Source of the DNA: Candidatus Dadabacteria bacterium
GTDB taxonomy: Bacteria > Desulfobacterota_D > UBA1144 > Nemesobacterales > CSP1-2
DNA: 64,000 bases
Direction: 5' to 3'
Assembly (NCBI GenBank): GCA_963805855.1
Contig: CAWDVW010000006.1
Location: 224,001-288,000, forward strand
Shown: in pieces, positions 54,959 through 64,000 of the stretch
Layout: every line of letters begins with the position of its first letter
How positions within the stretch are numbered: position 1 is the first letter of the stretch
The notes under the pieces: model-generated
Seen by the model: only the letters and a program-made list of their open reading frames with translations
Told to the model about the DNA's origin: nothing
Database searches by the model: none
Translations under genes and position numbers: made by a program

Positions 54959-55771
54959 TCATAGTGCATTTGCTAAGGCGGGTTTTAGTTTCCTAAAGAT
55001 CAGCCCACCTACTGCAAACGTGACGAGTCCTAGTAACAAGAGGTATAAGAGTCCTTAAATATTTACATTTAAGGTTCCCAAAAATCCTGCACGATAACCT
55101 TCTACGGAATAAAGCATAGGATTCAAACCGAAAAGAAGTTGCAAATTTTCTGGAATGCCATGCCTCGGATAGACTATCGGAGTTAAGAAGAACCAAATAT
55201 TCACAAGCACACCAATGACCTGCCCGATGTCTCGCAGAAAAACGTTGAGTGCAGAGAGCATCCAAGATAATCCGAGAGCAAATATTGCAGTTGTGAGTAA
55301 TATTGGAATGATCAATAGAATTTTTAATGTTATACTATACCCAAAAAACACAAGAAGACCGATAAAAATCACCACACCGATTAAGTGATTGATAATGGCT
55401 GCAATAAGAAGTGTAAAAGGCAATATCTCAGATGGAAATACGGTCTTACTGACCAAGCTCGACTGCTCTAGGACCGCTCCTGGAGATCGAGTTAAGACAT
55501 CCGCGAAAAACATCCAAGGCAGTAGACCGGCTACCAGCCAAACTGCGAAATTGGTTCCACCGTATTCGGGTCCTAATTTTATTTTTAAAATTACAGAAAA
55601 CACAAAATAGTAAATGAGAAGTTGTGTTAGAGGATGAATGATTGACCAGAAAATCCCAAGAAATGATCCAACATACCTTGCACGGATGTCACGGATTGCC
55701 ATGCTCTTTATCATGTAGGAGTTATGATACACCATAACAAGAAAACTAAAGAAATCGTTTATGATTTGCAT
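54959..55771 (-). pseudogene. wzm: Second wzm permease with in-frame premature TAA at 55055-55057
   Basis: Frame continues after the stop: GLLYL..GGLIFRKLKPALANAL*; TAA aligns with GAA of the intact wzm. Confidence 0.8.
55221..55706. repeat. 486-bp near-identical copy of 46163-46648
   Basis: Visual comparison shows one mismatch; flanks diverged. Confidence 0.9.
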
Positions 55772-55884
55772 ATCAAATTTTGATTTCGAGCTTAGCGTTA
55801 GCAATCTTAAGCCTTTTCTTTCGGCAACACTTTGAGCTAATTATAATTCGCTCGTCTAAAAGAAGTACTAAGTATCTTGTGAAA

Positions 55885-56714
55885 TCATGTTTCTAAAGTA
55901 AATTCCTTTAGAGCGTCCTCCCACAATGGCATGATGATACTGACTTTCCTAAGCCGCGCGTTACTTAGTACTGAATAAGAAGGTCTTTGGGCAGCTCTTG
56001 AGATTTCACACGTTTTTATAGGGATAATTTCTGTACCAAAACTACTAAATTTCACGATTTGTTGAGCAAAATCATACCAGGAACAATCTCCCTCTCCGGA
56101 AGCATGATAGATTCCATAATCATCGATGGGGATCAATTTGTTAATGCATTCTGCCAGGTCCCTTGCATAGGTAGGACAGCCTATCTGGTCGTTGACAACT
56201 TTTATTTCTTCCTTAACTTTCGCAAGGTCTAAAATCGTATTAACAAAGTTCTTCTCTGAGTTGCCATAAAGCCAGGACGTCCTAATTACAAAAAATCTGG
56301 AACAGATATCCTTTACAAGATCCTCTCCACTTAATTTTGTTTTTCCGTAGACATTCAATGGATTTGGTGCATCTGTCTCTATATATGGCTCCCTTTTTCG
56401 ACCGTCAAATACATAATCAGTTGACATATAAAATTAGTTTTGCCTTGATTTCTTCGGATGCGGTGGCGACGTTCTCAGTTCCTAAGGAATTTACATCCCA
56501 TGCAAGCTCCGGATTTTCTTCACACCCGTCGACATCGGTATAGGCAGCCGTGTGTATTATGATTTCGGGTTTTAGTTCTATAATCTTTGGTATTATTTCA
56601 GAGTCTGTAATATCTATTTCATTGTGGGTTGGAGTAAGGAGCTCATCCACGTTTAAAACGTTTCTTAGTTCTCTGCCCAAGCTGACCGGTTGCGCCGGTA
56701 ATTAGTATTCTCAT
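55885..56714 (-). CDS. rfbD: dTDP-4-dehydrorhamnose reductase (two frameshifts)
   Basis: MRILITGATGQLG, AAYTDVD, STDYVFDG, YGKTK, DQIGCPT. Confidence 0.9.
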
Positions 56715-56738
56715 CGTTCGACTGTTTTTCTATCTAAA

Positions 56739-57201
56739 TATTCAGCCACAAAGACACTAAGACACTAAGATTATAGAATAATTCTTTTAATACCATCCTT
56801 AATAAGTGACACGTTAAAATTGATGAGAAAACCGAGACGCTTGCAACTCAATTTTAAATAACTCAGTATTTGTGCTTCCCATACAGGATTCATCTCGTCT
56901 ACCGCTTTCAGTTCACAAATGATCAACTCTTCCACCAAAACGTCTAATCGTAGCCCTTCATCAAACACAATCCCGTCATATACGATCGGGATATCCACCT
57001 GCCTTTGATATGTTAACTCTCGTTTAAATAGCTCGTGGCAGAAACATATTTCATAAACTCTTTCCAACAAGCCCGGCCCTAATTTCTTATGCACAGTATA
57101 CGCGGAATCTACTATTTTCTGAGCAATTGATTCTTCTCTTTCTGATAGAGCTTTAAAATTCATATTCCCCTTTTGTGCCTTTGTGCCTTAGTGGCTGAAT
57201 A
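56739..57201. mobile_element. Inverted-repeat-bounded GxxExxY cassette
   Basis: Left TATTCAGCCACAAAGACACTAAGACACTAAG; right (reverse complement) TATTCAGCCACTAAGGCACAAAGGCACAAAAG. Confidence 0.6.
56771..57163 (-). CDS. GxxExxY family protein
   Basis: VHKKLGPGLLERVY, RLDVLVE, ELKAV, QILSYL, LINF. Confidence 0.92.
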   Translation of the reverse strand: MNFKALSEREESIAQKIVDSAYTVHKKLGPGLLERVYEICFCHELFKRELTYQRQVDIPIVYDGIVFDEGLRLDVLVEELIICELKAVDEMNPVWEAQILSYLKLSCKRLGFLINFNVSLIKDGIKRIIL

Positions 57202-58191
57202 GACGTATGCCTTCTTATAGTAATCTTTAAACTCCCCCTCTTTAATCCTTCGCCACCACTGTTGGTTTTCTTTATACCACTGTATTGTATATCTCAGTCC
57301 TTCTTCAAAGCCGTATCGTGGTCTAAAGCCAAGATCGTGGATTTTAGTTGGGGTCAGGGAGTATCTTCTATCATGACCCAATCTATCTTTAACAAATTTT
57401 ATTAGACCCTTTGGTTTTCTTAGTTCTTTAACTATGAACTCAGCAATCTCAATATTGGACCTCTCATTGCCTGCACCGATATTGTAAATCTCCCCAGTTT
57501 TTCCCTTATGGAGAGCTAAGTCAATAGCTTCGCAGTCATCAATAACATGAATCCAGTCTCTTACATTTTTCCCATCTCCGTAGAGGGGAAGGGGGAGCTC
57601 ATCAATGCAATTCGTGATAAAAAGCGGAATGAATTTCTCAGGGTATTGATATGGGCCAAAGTTATTGGAGCTCCTTGTAATTATGATTGGAAGCTTATAT
57701 GTAGCCCAGTAGGATTGAGCCAGTAGGTCGCCGCTCGCCTTAGAGGCGGAATATGGATTGCTTGGGTTTAGGGGATCAGATTCTTTAAAGGATCCTAATT
57801 CAGTACTTCCGTAAACTTCATCTGTGGAAACCTGAATGTAGCGATGATGTTTGTATTTATTTGCCACTTCTAACAAAAGATAGGTTCCATATACATTGGC
57901 CTGAATGAAACTCTCAGGGTCAACTATCGACCTGTCCACATGGGTTTCTGCAGCAAAGTTAACTATAACGTCAGCTTGCTTAGCTAGCGTTTCCACAAGG
58001 GATGAGTCACAGATGTCACCTCTTACAAATGTATACCGGGGGTTTCCATCGATATCTTTCAGGTTCTCGAGTTTCCCTGCATATGTCAATTTGTCGAGGT
58101 TAATGACTTCGTAATTATCGTACTTTTGCAAAATGTGGCGTATAAAATTACTACCGATGAAACCGGCTCCTCCGGTAACCAACAGTTTCAT
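57160..58191 (-). CDS. rfbB: dTDP-glucose 4,6-dehydratase
   Basis: TGGAGFIG, LDKLTYAG, AAETHVDRS, STDEVYG, YSASK. Confidence 0.95.
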   Translation of the reverse strand: MKLLVTGGAGFIGSNFIRHILQKYDNYEVINLDKLTYAGKLENLKDIDGNPRYTFVRGDICDSSLVETLAKQADVIVNFAAETHVDRSIVDPESFIQANVYGTYLLLEVANKYKHHRYIQVSTDEVYGSTELGSFKESDPLNPSNPYSASKASGDLLAQSYWATYKLPIIITRSSNNFGPYQYPEKFIPLFITNCIDELPLPLYGDGKNVRDWIHVIDDCEAIDLALHKGKTGEIYNIGAGNERSNIEIAEFIVKELRKPKGLIKFVKDRLGHDRRYSLTPTKIHDLGFRPRYGFEEGLRYTIQWYKENQQWWRRIKEGEFKDYYKKAYVYSATKAQRHKRGI

Positions 58192-58192
58192 T

Positions 58193-58672
58193 TCACCCTC
58201 CGTTTACTACATACGATGGCCAACTATAGGGAATTTCTTTACTGTTCCATGAAAACCTATATTCATCTGGATCATCATAGCGGTATAATTGAGTGGGAAT
58301 GTTAAGAATTCTTGCCTCATCACAATCTACAGTGGTAAAACCATGTACCACGTGAGGGGGTATCTTGAGAAGCTTTGATTCGTTTTCATCACAAGATGGA
58401 GCCCTCAGAATGAACTCCTCGACCACATTAAATGTTGGAGAATTTTTTCTAATATCATAAAGTACGACCAGAGCAGTGCCGTGCAAGCACGCAAAGTGAT
58501 CGGATTGTTCTTTGTGATAGTGCCATGCCTTTGCTATTCCTCTTTTACAGCTAGTTATATACAGCTGACCAAATCTCTCAAAGATTGGATCGTCTGACCG
58601 AAGGATTTCCATCAGAAAACCTCTTTCATCAGGAATGGCCTTGAGATTTTTTACTTCTACACCCTGAATCAT
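58193..58672 (-). CDS. rfbC: dTDP-4-dehydrorhamnose 3,5-epimerase family
   Basis: DERGFLME, KAWHYH, YDIRKNSPT, VVHGF. Confidence 0.85.
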   Translation of the reverse strand: MIQGVEVKNLKAIPDERGFLMEILRSDDPIFERFGQLYITSCKRGIAKAWHYHKEQSDHFACLHGTALVVLYDIRKNSPTFNVVEEFILRAPSCDENESKLLKIPPHVVHGFTTVDCDEARILNIPTQLYRYDDPDEYRFSWNSKEIPYSWPSYVVNGG

Positions 58673-58738
58673 TTCTTGATCTTATTAAGTTCGACGTACC
58701 AGTATAATTGTAACGGAATTCTTTAGGATTCCATTCGT

Positions 58739-58761
58739 GGAGGTCTAAAGACCTCCGCTAC
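58739..58761 (-). repeat. GTAG-type REP palindrome
   Basis: Minus strand GTAGCGGAGGTCTTTAGACCTCC; matches 14098-14120 with compensatory change. Confidence 0.8.
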
Positions 58762-58780
58762 ATTTAGTTTTCCACTCACG

Positions 58781-59873
58781 TTAGGTTAGCTCTATGGTGC
58801 TTTGATCACCCAGAATGAACTTATGAGTTTTTGGCTTGTCAGTATTGTTATAAATCCTGACCTCTCGCCCTATCAGACTCTTTTCAATTCTCGAGTTGGT
58901 ATCACTGATCTTTGAATTTTCAAGAACTATACTATATTCAATCTCACTATTTTTAATCGTACATCCATAATAAATTGAAGTGAAGGGCCCTATATAACTT
59001 CTTTCAATCAATGTATTTTCACCCACTATTGCAGGACCCCTTATTGTGCTCTTGATTACCTTGGCGCCCTCTTGGATAATTACCTTTCCTGATATGTCGG
59101 AGCTGCTGTCCACATGACCCATGATCTTGGGTTCGCCACTTGGAATAATGTTATCCAGAATAAGTCTGTTTGCCTCTAACAAATCCTCAGGTTTTCCTGT
59201 GTCTTTCCACCAACCTGTCACCTCGCAGTATCCGACCCGAAAACCATTATCAATTAAATACTGATGCGCATCGGAGATCTCGAGTTCGCCCCTTTTACTC
59301 GGCGTAATATTGTTTACTGCTTCAAATATCGAGCGATCGTAAATATAAATTCCGGTCACTGCAAAGGGACTTTTAGGATTTTTTGGCTTCTCTATAACTC
59401 TGATTACTCTCCCATCTTCAATGTCCGCAACTCCAAATCTTTGAGGTTCCCTAACTTTTGCCAGCACTAGCTGGCAATTATTCTTATTCCTGATAAACTC
59501 GTCGATGAATCCCTTGATTCCTCCGAGCAGGATGTTATCTCCCAAGTAAAACACGAAGGGCGAATCCCTTATAAAATCTTCGGATATTTTAATAACATGA
59601 GCGAGGCCAAGTGGAGCCTTTTGATCAATATAGGCGAAATTTGCGCCCCACTTCTTCCCATCTCCCAATGCCTCTTTAATTTCTTTTCCCGCATGCGAGC
59701 TTGATCAAAATTCCGATATCATTAATCCCCGCTTGAATTACTGATTCTATAGCGTAGTAAATCATCGGTTTGTTTGCTATAGGGATCAAGTGTTTATTAC
59801 TTGTGTGAGTGAGGGGTCTTAACCTCGATCCATGGCCCCCGCTTGTAATTAATGCTTTCATATCGTTTGCCAT
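58781..59873 (-). CDS. rfbA: Glucose-1-phosphate thymidylyltransferase, long form (frameshift near 59700)
   Basis: SGGHGSRLRPLT..KHL, LGDN, EKP, RGELEI, WKDTG. Confidence 0.9.
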
Positions 59874-59933
59874 AGCTTATCTCAGACTAATGGTCATATA
59901 GTTTGTAATAATGTTCACAGGTTTTAGTCGGGC

Positions 59934-59988
59934 TTGGATTCATGATTCATGATACAGGATGCATGACACATGATACAGGGGCATGATT
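59934..59988. repeat. Heptamer array of the CATGATT/CAGGATG type
   Basis: Same unit family as 45642-45885. Confidence 0.7.
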
Positions 59989-60475
59989 CCACAAAAAGGT
60001 GGTTTTATACAGCTTCGCCATCTCACTTACATGAATCGATAGATAAAAAAAGTTATTTATTAAAACTATAGCCCAATAACTATTGAGAATGCTGTGAAAT
60101 TTTTGCAACCCAATCAGCAGGGCATAATTACAACGCAGTAAGGCTTAATACCCTGATCGATTACATTTCTTTTATTATTCAATCGTTTAATCCTCAGATT
60201 TACGATATTTCGATCTTGAGAGATTCATCTGCATGACTCTGTGGATAGTTCCAAACTCAATAAGTTTTCATGTATCAACTACACCCCACCTTAATACCAA
60301 CTTAAACCGGATCATGATTAGCTTTCCAGCTTGAATTAGCTCCATTTCTGCTTGTTATCTAATATTGCTCCACCTATCTTTCTTGAAGCCAAGAATTGAT
60401 CGACAAACTTCAAAAAACAAAAGTATTGCCTGTACTTTCGCCTATTAAATCTTGTTTAACTGGCCTCTCGATCAA

Positions 60476-60568
60476 ACTTCGGCAACCAGGCTACCATAGG
60501 TTGAGGACTCAACCCTTAGGTCATTGGCTTTGCGCTCCATTCTTTCGAATGGTTAGCCTTTTCGGAGC
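60476..60568 (-). ncRNA. Cyclic di-GMP-I (GEMM-I) riboswitch aptamer
   Basis: Minus strand GCTCCGAAAAGGCTAACCATTC-GAAA-GAATGGAGCGCAAAGCCAATGA-CCTAAG-GGTTGAGTCCTCAACC-TATGG-TAGCCTGGTTGCCGAAGT: GAAA tetraloop, CGCAAAGC junction, 11-nt receptor. Confidence 0.9.
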
Positions 60569-60724
60569 ATTAAATCTCAATAAAGTATAGGCGTCACTAT
60601 TTTTGAAGTCAATTCGACAAAAATATCAACCATCTCTAACTCTTTTCAGAGTCGTTTGTGAAGTAGTGTTTTGGCAAATTCTGGTTACAAGTATCCAATC
60701 AAAATTTTGAATATTGTCTTTTAT

Positions 60725-60753
60725 TTGACACGCCATGTGATATTAAATAAAAT
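60725..60753 (+). promoter_or_regulatory. Sigma70-type promoter of tRNA
   Basis: TTGACA-17 bp-TAAAAT. Confidence 0.75.
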
Positions 60754-60768
60754 TATTTTGATAATTGA

Positions 60769-60845
<77 letters not shown>

Positions 60846-61208
60846 AATTTCCCCTGAATGCATTACAGATATTGGTTTGTTGCCTTGTTGCAACACGTAA
60901 GTTCACTTAATTATTTATTGTGAGATTTTTAGCAACTTCCCCATAGGGGTAGGTCACCCCATCATTGACAGTCAACTCTGCCGTCATTGCTTTGCGTCGC
61001 TAGTTAAATATGACAGACCGCTGATTTTACTGTTGACATTCGGTGCTTAACTTGCAGAATGTTCGTGATCTGGTAACAGCTCTTGATATACTCACTCAAA
61101 AAATATAATATATGTCAGTCCGGTAGTAAATCCTGCCTTATATTGTCACAAAGCAAACAAGTTTTAATTGTTGAATTGATAAGTTGCATGTGGTAATGGT
61201 AAAAATTC

Positions 61209-62391
61209 ATGGAGCTTAGTGATTACATAGATCTTAAATACGAGCCTTCGGACAGTATCGTTCTAAGATATCATTCAAGAAATTCGCTCGGATTTACCGA
61301 AGAAGAGCTTTTAAAGGGTTGTGTAAAAGAAGGGGAGAGAGTTTTTCATCTCGTAAATTATAAAGACTGCGAAATTTATATTCTAGATGAAACATCCCTG
61401 ATGCATTCCAACACATTTCACTCTTTAGACGGATCGTTAATTGGGAGCCTATGTAAAAAACATGGGCATAATATTGTAGTAGTTCCCAGTGGAGGAAATT
61501 TGGGAACAGCAATCACTTTATATTTAAAAAATTCTGATGCAAAAGTCTTCGTTTTTACACCCTACCATTGTCTTTGCAATTTGCCCGATTACGTATTCCA
61601 AAGGAAAGGAGCACATCTTATAGCTGTTCGCGGAGATAGAAACAAGATGGCTGCAATTGAATTTTCCAAACGGCTTACGGAAGCGTATGCCCTATCATTT
61701 GATCCTTTCGTGATGAAAAAAGAGTATCGAGCCGCTGCGTCAATTCCTAGGGGCTACTTCATTGCTGAGTATATGGTCAAAAACAATATTCTTTTCGATT
61801 GGATATCACAAACAATCTCTGCGGCATTTGGACCCATAGGTATTTATCAAGCTTTCGATCACTTATTGGCAGAAAAGTTCCTTGATACGATCCCTAGATT
61901 TCTGGCAGTACAACAAGAAGAAAACGCCCCGATGTTCCAAAAGATAAAAGGGATCAATTTATCATCTCATGACGGTCTATTGCTTCCCAATCTTTACGAC
62001 AGAACACCTGAAACTTACGGAACATATGATAAATTAAAAGAGATTATGATAAGAACACATGGTGATATATGCACCATTAATAGAGATGAATATCATCGCT
62101 GCCTCAATCGTGACTTTGATGGAAAAACTATGCTGAATTTATTTGACGAACAACGGCGTTGATATGACTAGAAATCATGATGAAATATCAGAAAAGACAG
62201 GGCTCTTGTCCTTGATGGGTGTTTTAAAGAGCATTGACAATGGTATTATTGAGCCGGGAGAGAAGGTTCTTGTTTGTTTTACAGGGGGCGTAAAGAAACA
62301 AGGAGAACCGGCCATACCCGAACTCGTTATCTCTGAAAGTGACGATCTGGACGAAGTAATAACAAGATATATAACCAGCTTAAGTATTTGA
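61209..62391 (+). CDS. Fold-type II PLP enzyme-like protein, threonine-synthase-like (frameshift near 62150)
   Basis: PSGGNLG, FGPIG, PRFLAVQ; C-terminal VLVCFTG in next frame. Confidence 0.7.
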
Positions 62392-62456
62392 ATTAGGGTT
62401 TAATTAGCGAATTTAATATTCCAAGAATAATAAATTTCCCAGAAATTTGCTCATTC

Positions 62457-63079
62457 GTCATCCTCGAATGTTACCCCCCGCCCAAGCTACATGCGGAGAC
62501 GAGTTTAAATCGGGAATTCAGTCGTTTAATTTTTTTTCTTTGTCTTGATACAAAGAAACAAAAATCAAGGGCTGACAAAAAACGCTTGCGTATCGAGCGA
62601 ATGCGAGATATCTATTGCTATAATTAATTAGTTCTCTCAGTCACTATGTTCCTTCGAGATGACAGTAATGATTGTCACTTTTTTTAACGCTTCCGGAATT
62701 GATTTTGGTAATTTTTTGAATGCCCATTTAGAATCTGAAACACTGTCCCCGAATTGTGTAATATCTACGATTGCGAGAAACCCTTGCCCTAATTTCATCG
62801 AGCGATCGAAAGGTTTGTCCTCAGTGCCGTCGAGCGACTGCTTCTTTTTATCTGTGCTGAACGATTGCCTGAAGAAAATCGGGAACGAAGACGTAAAGAA
62901 AAAATTTGCGGGTTGTGATTGGACAAGTTGTCCTGTTGTTATGTCATCCCTGAGGATAGTTATCGTGAATCCGGGGATAAAGAATATGGATTCCCTATTA
63001 AGGCGTTAGGGAATGACAACAAGGGGCAGCCTTGTCCCGAGTCTGCCTTGAGCTTGTCGAAAGGCGGTGCCGAAGGGTC
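62457..63079. repeat. Degenerate palindromic repeat region
   Basis: GTCATCC..GGGAAT.CA, GTCATCCCT..AGGGAATGAC, TGAGCTTGTCGAA motifs related to other clusters. Confidence 0.55.
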
Positions 63080-63222
63080 GCTTCTTTGTATCAAGACGAA
63101 GAGGTTAGAAAAAAAGATGATTCAAGAGAATAATTCTAAAAATCTTGCCCCCTGAAACATCTGGCTCTTATAGTGACATCTGGGGTTTCATTTTTTTCTG
63201 GAAATTAAATAACATTGCAGTC

Positions 63223-64000
63223 TTAAGGCTTAATCGCATTAGCGGCTATAAAATATCCTGTTAAAAAGCGTGTCGGCCAAACCGATATACGCTCGAAACT
63301 CAAGAGAAAATTTAGCAAATGTTTTTGGAGTCCTCCACTTGAATGGTTTTGCGCAATTGCAGCCATTGCCATTGCGAAGATTCTGGGGAAATGCATTATT
63401 GATTTGATTTCAACCACTTCAAAACCGACAAGTTCCAAGTACTGTTGTAATTCATCCTTTTTTAGGGTAGCGCCTACATAATATGGTACAAGGTTCAAGC
63501 GACTCAGCAAATTGTATGGCAGAATGTTTCGAATTGCTATTATCGGATTTGCTAAATTATCCAGAGTTATGATGAGTTGACCACCCACCTTCAGCAGCCT
63601 ATAGAGTTCGTATAGTCCGGCAATGATCCTATCTTTTGATTCAAAATGATCTATTGTAGAGATAGAAATAATGACGTCGAATGTCCTATCGACAAAGGGT
63701 TGACAACGTACGTCTGCCCCAATTGCTAGAAGCCCAGCATGACGTTTCTTTGCAGCTTGTGCTGTCACAGCAGACAAATCAATGCCAACGACATACTTTG
63801 CTTGTGAAGTCAAGTTTGCATATAGGCCTTCGCCTAAGGACTCCTCGAATACGTCTGTCTTGAGGACATACTCTGCGCTACCTAGCCGTAGCCAGTTCCC
63901 AATAAGATCTTTGTTAACCGTGTCATAGTAAGTACGCCATAATGTGCGCGGAGGAGATTCTTGCCAGTACCTGGCTACTGAATCCCAGTACTCACTTTTT
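63223..64000 (-). CDS. Class I SAM-dependent methyltransferase (5' end outside window)
   Basis: Frame open to edge: EYWDSVA..VLKTDVFEE..GIDLS..PF...FDVI..STIDHF. Confidence 0.8.
   Translation of the reverse strand, partial: KSEYWDSVARYWQESPPRTLWRTYYDTVNKDLIGNWLRLGSAEYVLKTDVFEESLGEGLYANLTSQAKYVVGIDLSAVTAQAAKKRHAGLLAIGADVRCQPFVDRTFDVIISISTIDHFESKDRIIAGLYELYRLLKVGGQLIITLDNLANPIIAIRNILPYNLLSRLNLVPYYVGATLKKDELQQYLELVGFEVVEIKSIMHFPRIFAMAMAAIAQNHSSGGLQKHLLNFLLSFERISVWPTRFLTGYFIAANAIKP

Noticed and set aside
2124-59470. Many short antisense or nested ORFs in the ORF track
   Set aside because: Shadow frames of well-supported genes
60925-61020. Possible second GEMM riboswitch on minus strand (GACGCAAAGC ... 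CTATGG ... GTTGC)
   Set aside because: No P2 stem with a GNRA tetraloop and no complete receptor

Overview
Bacterial chromosomal window (about 40% GC; lipoprotein and Tat signals; taxon not assignable from sequence alone). 1-16.2 kb is mostly intact core-type genes: lipoproteins, DUF883, a 2Fe-2S ferredoxin beside a truncated DPS-like gene, an orphan nuoM, a DUF4175/TPR-peptidase/MoxR operon, two tandem PTPS-II-motif genes + folE + SDR, hemA-hemC and a DEDDh exonuclease-WYL fusion. 16.3-20.4 kb is a scarred accessory patch (hicBA, nucleotidyltransferase pair, RAYT-type transposase remnants). 20.4-60 kb is a large surface-polysaccharide locus, mostly on the minus strand: rml genes, two wzm copies, wzt, a Tat sulfatase, a sulfotransferase/coiled-coil/GT4 fusion, amino-sugar genes and many glycosyl- and methyltransferases. 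Many of these genes carry single-base frameshifts, often in homopolymers, which may be sequencing errors. Features not in the ORF track include a c-di-GMP-I riboswitch (60476-60568, minus) upstream of this locus, tRNA-fMet, inverted-repeat-flanked GxxExxY and four-helix-bundle cassettes inside operons, several REP-like palindrome families, and short gene scars (Uma2, NTP transferase, third wzm). All calls are by motif recognition; no database searches were run.
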